Shown here one piece after another: positions 12,800-27,134 of a stretch of 64,000 nt of DNA. Within the stretch, counting starts at the first letter, position 1; each line of letters starts with the position of its first letter. The stretch covers positions 3,968,001-4,032,000 of the forward strand of contig CP075494.1 of NCBI GenBank assembly GCA_021613535.1, given 5' to 3'. The notes under the pieces were generated by a model. It saw only the letters and a program-made list of their open reading frames with translations. It was not told the origin of the DNA and ran no database searches. Made by a program: the position numbers and the translations under genes. The DNA is from Adineta vaga (Eukaryota; Animalia; Rotifera).

Positions 12800-13652
12800 T
12801 TCAACTGTAAAGTTTTTCTATCATTGAATCGTCTGCTGTTGGTACGTGAAAACACAATAAACGAAGATATTCATTCGAATCACCTTGAACCTTTTTTAAA
12901 ATATTATGTAAAACAATTTTGAAGTCTATCGATTTAATATGATCCACCCTGATGTATTCAGGATGAGTGAATAACAGGAAAAGAAAATCGAAATCTTTCA
13001 TATCATTCATATTCTCTAAATAAGCTTTTTTTATTTGACTGGTCTGATCATAATTCTACGAAAGATATTCAATTCGGCCATATAGAATTTCCAAATGATA
13101 AATTTGTGTTACAGACACAATATATTTGATATTCACTTTATAGAATTTATTACAGCCTTCAGAATAAACCACATAATTAAATAGCATATGAAATACAACG
13201 AATACGTAAGGTTCTTAGATAGGTATTAAAGATATTCCATCAACAGGACTTTGTTGTTGGTGGTTAGCTCTGGATAATAAGAATGGTTGATTTTTCGCAT
13301 GTACATCAAATCTGTACGACTTTAGACCTGGTAAAACAAGTACTTGCTGATATGTATCCGTTAGATTTTCGTCATTATTCAATACATCAATTTCGATGGT
13401 TAAAGAGTGAAGACGAGGTAAGCAAGTTGATTTACTGGGAAATAATTTGAGTACATCTACTCGGTCCAGTTGCATATAAAGTGATTCGAGGCAACTGAAA
13501 GTTAAATCCATAGTATACCGCGAGAAGAAATTGTTTGTATAGTTATAGAATTCGAATAAGAAAATCTTACCTCGTGATTTCTTTATTTTCTCTTCTAATA
13601 TTTGATTAGGAGTTGATTTTCGTTTATTTTCTTTCAATTTCATTGTCTTCAT
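12800..13652 (-). pseudogene. Degraded F-box/LRR-family gene remnant
   Basis: LRR-like LPRLHSLTI...LPGLKSY fragments broken by stops and frame changes; boundaries approximate. Confidence 0.45.
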
Positions 13653-13806
13653 GTCGATTAATCAATACATACAGACTTTTTGTCAAATAAAAAGAAAAGA
13701 AAAGATATCGTTCACCAGTATAAATAGAGAATGAATAAAAATTATCTACTTAGGTCGAAGTTCAATGATATAAAGAATAGAAAAATGATCAATAAGATTA
13801 TTTATT

Positions 13807-14905
13807 TCATATCTTGAAGATATAAATTAAAATATTGATTAATTCACACCCATATCTTAGAAATAGCATCAGCATCAACCAAAACCAGAAGACGCAACAA
13901 TGAGAACAATCGACAGCAATATTACTAAGTGTCGAACGGTAGACAATTCGATTGTGCTCGGATTGAATTGGACGAAAATCTCTATGTAAAACATTCATTG
14001 ATAATGCTTGAAATTCATCGTATGAAAATTGAATGTAATTGTTAAATACTGTCCCTTTATATAAAGAAAAACAAAATTGAGGATGAGTTAATCAACAGAA
14101 AGTTCTGCTTACAAATAATTCCTTCTGTACAAGGTGGTGTCGTTAATGAACCACTGTATCTCCAAAAATCTTGAAAATTATTTTCAGTTTCTATTAGTTC
14201 CATCAGATTTCCCATAAATTGTATTTGTGTACCTTCACGAATCAATCTAACTGCACTATCGACATATGAACGCCATGCACTTGAATCTTCATCCGACGAT
14301 ATGACAATCATAAATGCCAAAACGGCTGTTTGTTTTGTTATTTCATTTGTAAACACAAAATGTGCTTCTCCAGCACTATGTAAATGATTAATTGTATGTT
14401 CAGAACCCTCCAATGGCGAAGCACCCCTGAAAAAAGACAGAACATTTATGAAGCTTCACATTCTCACCAGATAAAAACGAACCAATGTAGATGAAAATTT
14501 GTAAATCGAAAAATTCCGGGTAGACCACCACCAGTAAGTTGTGGAATAATACTTGGTGAGGTTTCAATTGGTAACTCGCCGACAATTGTATGTCCATTAT
14601 TTTTTAAATTAAAAAGAAGATAACTATTAAAATTTGATGAGAATAAAAAGGGTGGAAATTTCTTGTGCACAACATTGAAATAATCTAAATTAATTGGTGA
14701 TTGATACAAACCACCACATTCGGGAAATGTTTGAGACCATGTTAAAGGGCCTACAGATATGTAAGAGAGAATATGTAGAACTATTTATTTTGTGAAGAAA
14801 CTAACCATGATCGTCATAATTCCAATAATGACCGGCACCAGCAAAAGTTTTATAGACAAAATTAAAAGATAAAACAAATAACAAATATGTTTTTATTTGC
14901 AACAT
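13807..14905 (-). CDS. Alpha-carbonic anhydrase, secreted or membrane-anchored type (4 exons)
   Basis: Signal peptide MLQIKTYLLFVLSF; WNY, QSPIN, NNGHT, FHLHW, GSEH, EAHFV, YSGSLTTPPCTE, RPIQ; hydrophobic C-terminus. Confidence 0.9.
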
Positions 14906-15388
14906 AATTTTATTGTTTTCTTCATGAATCTTTGTGTATGTGGCATAATCATTCTTTTTCGCTTATATATACAAGAACAGTATCGAACGAAAAGAGAGAA
15001 AGAGAGAGAAATGCATCGATAGACCGGAATGAATTAACCGCTTGAATACCGCTGTCTGCTGACTGGAGACAAACAGAACAAAGAAATAATTTTCGGTCTT
15101 TCGTGTCGACAGACATATGACGTAAGCAGAGCTAACATAGAGAATCATTCATATATAATTACAGTTCAGGTGTGTTGGTAAGAACAAAAAAGGAGAATCG
15201 AGAAAGATTCAACGACTTGCAGTGTATACTCTTGTTATGTTTTTCAATAGGTAACTTTTTATTGAAGAGAAAAGTCCGCTACTTAGAAAGAACACAAAAC
15301 ATATCAGTATAGGTGCTGGATATGAATGTGAATGAAGAAGAAAGTTTCACATCCACGCTCTCAAACAAGAAATTCAATAATAGAATAT

Positions 15389-16153
15389 TTAGTCGAAATA
15401 ATTTTTAAAAATTGTTCGATTATTTATTGGTTGAACTGGTCGATAAACTTTTTTCATGATATTTTGTCGAAGTTGATTTAAACTTTCTTCTGCAATTGGA
15501 ATTTTATCTATGAAGATTGTCCATATGACATTTTCAGTACAAGGTGGTGTTGTTAAACTACCCGTATAACGAAAAAATTCTCTCTCGTTTGCTTTCATCA
15601 ATTGACTTAAATTAAATGCACAATTCATAGTATCATTGATGTTAAGCAATTGACTTGCAGCATCGGTATATTTTTCCCAATCAGTGTTTTCATCTTCCCA
15701 TTGATCGGCAATAGTAAAAAGAAATGCAAAAACAGCTAATTGTCCATTTTGATGATTTTTAAAAACAAAATGTGCTTCAGCGGGACAACGTTCTCCATCA
15801 ATTTCATGTTCTGATCCATGATGATCATTTCTTCCCCAATGTAAATGAAAATTAACAAAATAAAACTTTCCAACTAAACCACCACCAGTAAACCATAAAT
15901 CACTTTCGCTCTGTCCATAAGTATGTTCAGTTAATGTAACAGCAACTTGATGACCATTATTAGTCAGTGTAAATAATTCATCGGAATGATATTTTGGAGA
16001 AAAGACGAATAATGGATATGATTCGAGTACAGTATCAATTGAATTTATATCGATTGGAGATTGACACAATCCAGCAGCGGAAGGAAAATGTTTTGACCAT
16101 TCCGATGGATCATCATAATTCCAATAATCACTAGACTCTTCAACACAAGACAT
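15389..16153 (-). CDS. Alpha-carbonic anhydrase, intronless, probably cytosolic
   Basis: QSPIDI, NNGH, FHLHWG, GSEH, EAHFV, YTGSLTTPPCTENVIW, RPVQP; all three Zn-binding His present; ATG at 16153. Confidence 0.92.
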   Translation of the reverse strand: MSCVEESSDYWNYDDPSEWSKHFPSAAGLCQSPIDINSIDTVLESYPLFVFSPKYHSDELFTLTNNGHQVAVTLTEHTYGQSESDLWFTGGGLVGKFYFVNFHLHWGRNDHHGSEHEIDGERCPAEAHFVFKNHQNGQLAVFAFLFTIADQWEDENTDWEKYTDAASQLLNINDTMNCAFNLSQLMKANEREFFRYTGSLTTPPCTENVIWTIFIDKIPIAEESLNQLRQNIMKKVYRPVQPINNRTIFKNYFD

Positions 16154-16602
16154 TTCGATAGATAGTAAATATAATGTATCACTGTTGAAAAGAAGTACTT
16201 TACACAAATAACCTTCGTTGTATCTACATGTATATATGAGTTAATGTTCGTAGAAATTATTGACAATATGGAAGAGAAAAGGTAATGAAAAAAGTACATT
16301 TCTTTTTTTCTTTTCTTTTCTTTTCTTTCCTTTTTGGTTAGTTGTCATTATCGCGCGACTAATAGAACGAGTAACATAGTCGAATAAAAAGAATGACGTG
16401 TTTCTAAACGATTGTCAAGAAAGTAAAAGAAAGAATGATCAACGAATATAGTCAAGTTCTTAGAAATCATTCACATCTTATATATGCGAGTATAGTACGA
16501 CAATCAACTAAGAAGTTAGTAACGAACAAAAACAAAATGATGATAGTATATAGAAATACAGTGTCCTATCGAAAGTAAAAAATAACAAATATTCACTGGA
16601 AA

Positions 16603-16691
16603 AGTGGGGATGACATAGGTCAGGGTGAACGTTTCAATATCGTCTATATCAACTACATCCTCACCCTCATACACACACACACACACCTTTC
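16603..16691. repeat. Telomere-like inverted-arm element with CA microsatellite
   Basis: gtggggatg...cagggtga...catcctcaccctcatacacacacacacacacc. Confidence 0.55.
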
Positions 16692-17383
16692 TTACTACTT
16701 ATCTAATCAGAGCTGCTAATCTAATCGATTTATAATGATATAAGAATCGATGAATAAAAAAGAACGTTTAAATTAAATATTTGATGTGACTTGGAAAAAA
16801 CTAAGTAACTCCTCTTGATTTTAAATACCCAAGATTAACTGATCTCTACACTCATAAGCAGAAGTTATTTCAATATATCTCAATATTCTTTTCATCGTAA
16901 GTGTACTTATCGAGAAATAAGCTCAACCTGCATAGGGTTTACTTTACTTGCCTGCCTAACTGTATTTATTAAATTTTCTATGAACAAAATCGTAACAAAA
17001 AAAAGCAATTAAATGTATTTACAAACACAACCTGTGCTGTAATTGATTAAATTTTAGACGTTAATTGATATCTCATGGAACTTCATCATCGGAATTCTAC
17101 AATGATTTTTTTTTTGCCATGGATAATAGCCTATTTACGACAGTTGTTTAGTGCACAAAGTGAAATTCAAACGCAAGGGTCACGACGTGGAAACAAGGTA
17201 AACTTATTTATTTCATATACAAAGGCTACTTCTCTCTTTCTAGCCAGCCATACGTGCTACTACGAGAAAAATCATCCGAAGAATGGTATCTCGATGGTAT
17301 ACCTTTAGATCATACTATTGAAACAATAATTTCACTCTATATATGGTTTAAGTTTCTAATCCTAAATTTGTTTTCATTATAAT

Positions 17384-18301
17384 TCATTTTATTATCTTTA
17401 ACATAAATAAATAAAAATTACAATGTCGGTGGATGATAAAATTTTTAATAGTATTTCGAATTTCTCGATCAAGTAAAATTAAAACTAATTTTTCAACAGT
17501 TATAGCCAGTGTTATACAGACAATTCCAATTGAATAAAACAATTCAATGCTCGTCAAAATATACACTCCTGTTGGAGTACCAGCAAATATATAAATACCA
17601 AATAAAATCATTATATTTCGTAGTACTTGAAGATCACGCTTTTGTCGTTGTCTCATTGTTTTTCTCTGAATGCATACATTATTGCCACTACGTTTAATTT
17701 GTACATAAATCACTATGTAAATAGTTATAACCGCTACAGTAGGTATTAAATAATAAACTACTATGGTATAACCAACGTGTAACTTCGATCTCATTGGTAC
17801 CCAACATAGAAAGCCTGCACGAAACGAGATGTCTTTTGTTAGAAGTGAAGGTAATGGAAGTAGGAAAACTATTATCCATTTAATTAGAATAAGTTTGAAG
17901 TGTGTTTTGAATGATAACAACCATTGATATTTAATCGATAAAACAGCAAAAAATAATCGAGATATTGATTGCAACAAATATGAATAAACAAAAGCTGCAA
18001 TAGACACATATGTAAAATAGCCTCGCCATCGACATGAAATATCACTTGTATCCCATGTTATAAAAAGGAGATAAATATAATTATTACATTGAACAATAGA
18101 ATAGAAGATCGATGCAACACAAGCATTTGAAATCAACAGATGTATTACTGTATGTAATCGTTTTGTTAATGAAACAGTAATTAATATAATACAACAAATA
18201 ATCATGGCAATTATTCCGAAAGTTAACGATATAGGAATAAGAATATTAGAATGTTCAGAACTACGTAACAGATCCGTCATTGTTACCTTTGACGTATTCA
18301 T
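17384..18301 (-). CDS. Class A GPCR-like 7TM protein
   Basis: 305-aa ORF with 7 hydrophobic segments, TM3 Cys (SCRWRGY), QSISRL at the DRY position, YYLIP in TM5. Confidence 0.8.
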   Translation of the reverse strand: MNTSKVTMTDLLRSSEHSNILIPISLTFGIIAMIICCIILITVSLTKRLHTVIHLLISNACVASIFYSIVQCNNYIYLLFITWDTSDISCRWRGYFTYVSIAAFVYSYLLQSISRLFFAVLSIKYQWLLSFKTHFKLILIKWIIVFLLPLPSLLTKDISFRAGFLCWVPMRSKLHVGYTIVVYYLIPTVAVITIYIVIYVQIKRSGNNVCIQRKTMRQRQKRDLQVLRNIMILFGIYIFAGTPTGVYILTSIELFYSIGIVCITLAITVEKLVLILLDREIRNTIKNFIIHRHCNFYLFMLKIIK

Positions 18302-18560
18302 CTTTTTAGCTTGTGAATAACTCTTCCGGTTAGTTTTAATTCTTGTCTATGAAAGTAAAACGATTAACAACAATAAACTGTGATAATACGAGCTAAAACA
18401 TAGATGTAGTTTTTATTCAGTATTAAATTACTTTTCATTATTTAGCATCACAATATCCGTGACATTTTTTCTTTACACGATTTTTATTTATTCTTATTTA
18501 AAACATGACAGATATTGTTGTTATATTTGAAGAGTAGAGAAAGAAATATCGATATATAAG

Positions 18561-20632
<2,072 letters not shown>

Positions 20633-21025
20633 TTAAAACAATAAACTACTACTGTTACTACTAGAAGAAGAAGAAGAAGAAGAAGAAAGTAAAGAATGAA
20701 TTTTCATTGATGACTATGATAGAGGCTCATAGTAACATAAGTACTACACGATTGGTTATAAATGACTAGGCAAGTATAGATGTCATTGAAAGTGGACATT
20801 ATTGTCATATATGTACACCCACTCCCCACTTCATTTGACGTATTTGATAGTTATCATAAAATGATAATATATTCATAAGTACGATATAGGGGATTTATAA
20901 TATGGAAATAATATGATTAAATGCAAATAATAGTTTAATGCCATATTAATTTATTCCAATACTCACTACTGAATGTATATGCGATTCATTTAAACGGGTG
21001 TTTTATTCAGTTTGGCATCAAAACT

Positions 21026-21721
21026 ATGAAGGTCAATTCAGTTTTTATTCTTAGTAAGTCTTTATACTATGCAATTCACTGTAAATCTAAGAAACTACTA
21101 TACACAAAGATGTGAATATGTAGTTAAATAAGGATAAATTAGAGCAAGAATTAGTTTTGTCTTCAGTCATACTCTCACCTATACATTAGGATCAGTTCTT
21201 ATGAAAATAATTCTTTTGTTTGTTAAGCTATCTGCTTCTGCTTAAACATTTGGTGCTTGCACGTTTCTGCGCAAGGTCAAAACGTTTGTATGGGTTCACC
21301 TATCCCTGAAGGATATGTCATTACACGATTGAATCCGAATGGTTGTGGCTTATATAATGTGCAACAATACATTGAACCAGTCAGAAATGGAATGGAAATT
21401 TGTCTTGGATCTCCTCTTCCGACGGGATATGTCATTGTGCGATTAAATAAAAATGGTTGTGGAGGAATGGGACAATACATTGAATTACCACGTGATGGAA
21501 TGGAAATATGTCTCGGATCTCCTCTTCCGACAGGATATGTCATTGTGCGATTAAATGCAAATGGATGTGGTGGAATGGGAAGATACATCGAAAAACCACG
21601 TAACGGAATGCAAATCTGTCTTGGTTCTCCTGTTCCACCCGGATATGCTGTTACTCGTGTTATTCCAAATGGTTGTGGTGGTGTTGGTCAATATATTGAA
21701 CTTCTTCCCACTGGACGATAA
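21026..21721 (+). CDS. Secreted protein with four ~36-aa Cys-containing tandem repeats (ICLGSPLPxGYVIxRLNxNGCGG)
   Basis: Exon 1 ATG at 21026, intron 21054-21227, signal peptide MKVNSVFILTICFCLNIWCLHVSA; 108-nt repeat period (21392 vs 21500). Confidence 0.8.
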
Positions 21722-22089
21722 AATCATCAACTTAGTCCATTGATAATAAATAAAAAAAATTTATCGGAGGGTCTCCTTTACTGCAAAAAATACGACTTCA
21801 ACTTTCTTGAAAACTAGGCTGTGTATGTGCATACCAGTTAGAGATTATACTCGTACGTTCTTCATAACATACAAACATAATTTCAAAAAAAAATTAAAAC
21901 ATTAGTCGCTTGAATAATCACTTCTTTTCAAATATAACTGACCACCAAAAGTTTTCCGCTCTTTTTTAAATTCGAATAAGAATGTTTAGCTTCATCCATT
22001 TTACACTTTATTGAATGAGTCAAAACGATTAGAGAAAAACAACTTCAAAGAAAAATATCAGATAAAACTATGTCCATCGACTGTTCCTC

Positions 22090-23194
22090 TCACCGATACC
22101 CTAAATCAGGTACTACTGGATTTTTCTGACATCGTAGTTTCATTATTATTTGTTTCAGTTTTGGGGTAATAAAAACAAGTACTATACTAAGAGTTAGCAT
22201 CGTTATTCCCGGAACCATCCATTGAATTCGGTACATGTAATAATCACCTGATACATTTGGGTTGAAGTATGCTATGAAAGCTAAACATACATTCGGTAAT
22301 CCTGCTAAAGCAAGAGTGCTCATAGTAATTAGAATGCGACGTGTAATGATGTAATCACGTCGCGCTCTCTGTCCTTGATGTGTTTGTAACAATTGCAGAT
22401 TTGTATGTCGTATAAAATACATTAAGCGAATATAGATTATAGTCATGTATGTAAGAGGTAGTACATATATATTCAGAACTACATACCAAAGATCAAAAAA
22501 TTTCTCATAACGAATACCACAGTAATAATCTAATTCGTAGAATGAATAGAACAATTCTCGCCAAATATATGATGGTAGAAGAAAGAGGAAGCACATAATC
22601 CACTGTAATACGATGCAAATCAAATTGAATGTAAATGACTAAAACAGGTATAAGATAATTCTTTTTGAACTGTAGATCAACATAATACTTTTTCAGGAAC
22701 ATTTAGATATGCACTGAATCTTCTATTCAAGTTCATCTTCGAGTATGATGTTAAACTAAAGTAACTCATGTACCGATGAGCTATGTGTCTTGATAACTAT
22801 ATACAAGACATATTTTTGATATACGTACTTGAAAAAATATTCGTTTTGGATATAGTACTCTTGTTAATCGATAGATTGCTTGAAGAACAAAGCTCAAATA
22901 GCAACAGCCGAATCGTTCATAAATGAGAAATCCTTGAAATTGACATTTAGTTAATTCGTCGCCAGTCAGCACAGCCATGCCAAATAAATCTCCCTTGAGA
23001 ACATTGACGTTTGTTGATAGAAAGACGATAGAAAATGTAAGTATACCCACATATGTATTAATTGGCAGGAGAATTGCAGCAGTTCGCTCATGGCGTAAAT
23101 GAATGGATAAAATGATAATAATAGGAAGGGTAATTAATACCGTAAGACTAGTACTTGTTACAGAAACAATTGTAAAAGCAATACTTGATAACAT
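22090..23194 (-). CDS. Class A GPCR-like 7TM protein, 2 exons
   Basis: ORFs 22781-23194 (TM1-3, CQFQG, QAIYRL) and 22090-22623 (TM4-7, YVLP) separated by an intron; same family as 17384-18301. Confidence 0.8.
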
Positions 23195-25291
23195 TATTTT
23201 GTTAATTTAATCTATCGAAATCTATAAGAAGTAATCTATATGTTTGTAATCCTCAGAAAAGGGATTTTCTTAAGGAATAGAAGTTTTAAACCAAAATCGA
23301 CATATAAAGTATTCTGAAAGGTACTTTTAACTCACGAAAAACATTAAATATAAACACATTTAGATACTTTTCTTATCTACCTATTGAGAGAAAAATATCA
23401 TTCATCATCAGGAGCAGTACAAAAAAGGTCTTAACTTGAACATTGAAAGTACTATCTTCCGGTAAAATTTGCTTATTTAAAAGCCTCTGAATATAGGATC
23501 AAGAATATTATACATACTTTTCATTATGGAAAATACTTTTAAAAAAAAGGCATAAAAATGCTCACTTTTGAGTAGTTAGTTTATATAGAATTTACTTTTA
23601 AAATGACTATATACAATTTTTATATTTGACCTTATGTAAAGCATAAACCGGTACTCTCTGCTTCTTAATGGAAACAAAGCATTGCATTAGTAGTCAAATG
23701 CACTAATCAAGAGTGTTGTGAATATAAAAGTGAGAACATATTTCATTTCGGTTCTATAGATTATTAATTTGAATTGAAAAGTAACACAATAGAGGAATAA
23801 TGACATATATATGAAGTGAAGCGAAGATATTATCATAAGAATATGAAATGACTTGTTTATTCTTACCGTATAGTTACATTGAAAGTGTGATTATACGTAT
23901 TTAAATAATCTTCAGCCCTCATGCGACAAAGACAATTGAAAAACTCAATTCTCATCGTAACAAATCATTGTTTGTCATGTAGCCAAGATAAATAATAGAA
24001 CTAGTAGCCGAAAACGAGAGGAAATGAACGAAGAATTATTTTAGTATCGAGATGATCGAAAATATGATCAGAATGTTTAACAGGAAAGTCAGGAAGACAT
24101 TAAATTATTACGAAAAAATATAAAATCTATCGTTTGATCGAATTCGCTGATTTTAATATAGGAATAATTACAATAAGACAAATTCATTACTTATCAGAAA
24201 TCGATATGGAATCGTATATGAATTTCTTTTCTTCTGTGCATTGATTATTTGATCATACTGCAGAAAGAAAATAACAAGACAAACATGAATGAATTTTTTG
24301 AATAAGTTAATCCTTTTGAATTCACTTCTACAACATCGTTCTGCACTAGAATTTACAAAGAGAAAAAAATTATTCACTATAGATTCTGTTTTTATTTTCG
24401 AGTACTATTCCAACGTTCATTTTTAAAAATTTCATATAAAATTGTGTATCTGCCCAATTCACCGGAAATATATATTGGACTTTTATGACACCGATATCCT
24501 TCAGTTTTCTTTTCAACACATGTGATGGTGATTGTCTTTTAACAGCTTCCTGTTGTTGCATTTCTGCAACTTTGATGTTAAGAGTTCGATAGCTCGACCA
24601 AAGAATACTTGTTGCCAATGGGTACCAACCTGCACATCTGCTCCATGTGTCATAATAGCCCAATATCCTCATGCACATCTTCAAAATGGTAAATCTCTGA
24701 TATTTTCTGTTTAATTGCTATCAAATGAATTATTGTAAAAGGTAGATTGAAACTCAGATGACTACTTGACGATGCTTTGCCGATCTAAACATATATGAAT
24801 CAATAACAAAATGCTTGTTAAAAGCGGGAAAAAATATTCAAACCTTAAATTTGAAAAGAGTTAGTGTTTCTTCTAACTGGAGAAAATCTCACGATAGGTA
24901 CATTTCTAAAAAGGAAAAGGAAAAAAGTCTCGGCAAAATGTAGACTATAATGAAAGTCATTGTCGCGAATAATGACGATGTGTATGCATGTATATTGTTC
25001 TTTTCTTTCATATTTTCCGAACTGTAAAAAATAGGTTCAAACAATAAAATTTATATATATGATATTACTGGTTTTTTTCCCACTATTTTTCTATATAGGA
25101 AGAACAAACGTTGAATATTCATTCAAAACCCAGTCTGTTCACATTTTAAACTCAACTCAAATAAAACATCAGTATATTCTTAATTTTTTTGGATTGTAGT
25201 ATCAAATCATTAATACTGAAGACCTTCTATACATATTCGTAACAAAGTTTCACAGTATTAATCAAATTAATCTTATCAAGTAAAGATAAAA

Positions 25292-26337
25292 ATGTCTAAT
25301 TTACCAATTCCAGAAGATATTTTTGATCGACTCAGTTTCATTTGTGAGTACGACAACAATCAGAGTGAAGGGAACGATGCAACCGATACAGCATCATTAA
25401 TCAATGATTATCAACCTCGTCTTCTAACTAACTTTGATCTCATTTGGAATCTTCCTGAAAATCATCTCGCTACACCACTATATCGAGATGCAATAAAAGT
25501 TCCAGCCAATCGAATGCCGTACTTCACAGCACCAGCAATCGGTACAAACTTTCCTAGAGGAGATCCAAACTATATTCGCCAGCCAAGAAATACTTCACTT
25601 CTACCTTCTTTAATTGATGCTCAGGCGATTCGAGTGGATTTTCGGCAATATGATATTGTGAGTGGAAGAAATTCATTGCGAAAAATCGCCATGAACGCAG
25701 GAAAATATGCGGTAGGAGTGATGCGCTATGGCAAGACATAATTATTTAGACGTTACGGTAGACGAAGTGTTAATAGAAAGGATTTAGGATATCTTTTCGA
25801 GAACATGTGTACACCTGGCTATCCTCCGGGTGCTGAATACAAATATTTAATAGAAGGAAGAATTAGCACATTGAGAACTTTAGTTACAGTGGAGATTGAT
25901 GCTGTTTCAAATGGAAATAATCAAAACAATAATTCAATAGAACTAACATGTCGAAAAGACGAAAATATTAACGGTAAAACTGAATTTTGGTTACAGACAT
26001 TTATAAGTAAGTTTGATGATTTCCTAGAATGCTATTATTGAAAAGAGACTTAATCGATAATATATACTCGAATTTTATTAGGTGGAACAGCAACACAGAA
26101 GAGTTGATTGATCAAGAAAACAAAATAAGAATTTTACAACATTTTCATCCAGTGCTTCGTTTTCTTCAAGCAAATGTACAAGACAATCGCAATTATATAC
26201 TTTATTGTCATGCACGTAATCAACCACCGAATGATATGGGTTTATTTTTATACGAGATAACCAATCAAAACGACATACATCGTTTACAATCCATCTCGGA
26301 ATGGATACTCAAACAATTGTTCGTACGAAATGAATAA
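25292..26337 (+). pseudogene. DXO/Rai1-like PD-(D/E)xK nuclease gene with in-frame stop
   Basis: DIVSGRNSLRKI, GYLFENMCT, VEIDA, IELT, FWLQTF motifs; in-frame TAA at 25739-25741 with the same frame continuing into ORF 25805. Confidence 0.6.
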
Positions 26338-27134
26338 TTTAACTTTTCCTCTTAATTAACTTTATCATGATGACATTCATTTCATAGTTTATATACCTAA
26401 AAAATCTGCTTTTGAAATATACCTCGCTGTTCCTCTACTTTGAATTCTATATCCATATAAAATAAAACATCAAATCAATAAGTGCGATCAACATATTTCT
26501 AATATATTTCCGACTCGAAGATCTTACAAGGTGTGAAAAAGATTTCAAACAATTGATTTATTGCTTTTCTTTTTAATTTTAACATATGTTTGTATGATAT
26601 TTGTTCGAATAAACATCTTCATAGTATAACAATTGAGAGAAATTGATGAACGAGCCTTATTCAAAGATTTGAATAATAGAAAATTCATGATTAACTCACA
26701 AAAATGAATAAAGTATGAAATTGCTATCTTTCTCTTCGGATCGCATTGAATATCGATTCAACTTTTGAGTTTCAGATTGTCATTGATGAACCAAATTTTA
26801 GACTTGCTACTGCAATGTAATGTATTAAATAATTGTTATAGATTTTCAACAAGACGGAAAGAGATTGTTTAATGGAATTTTGTATCGAAGCTATTGTCAA
26901 TAGTAATTACATCTATTTAATTAATTTTACAACTTGTATATAAATTCTAATTGCCGATTGTTGATTGAAATTAATCCAACGTCATTACTGTGTCAGAACA
27001 TGACAATCAATATAACATAATAAACAGGTTCTATCAATACTAATATTTAACGTATAAGATTACTTCTAACACGTCTAGCAAGATATTATCATATTTCATG
27101 TTATTTTCTTCCAACAATTGAAGACAATATTATT

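Noticed and set aside
21277-21588. Repetitive minus-strand ORF
   Set aside because: Antisense shadow of the 36-aa repeat gene.
21290-21700. Regularly spaced direct repeats resembling a CRISPR array
   Set aside because: Repeats are contiguous 108-nt coding units with synonymous variation, no unique spacers and no cas genes; the context is eukaryotic.
24168-24900. ORFs 24370-24684 and neighbours
   Set aside because: No recognisable domain and inconsistent frames; cannot support a gene call.
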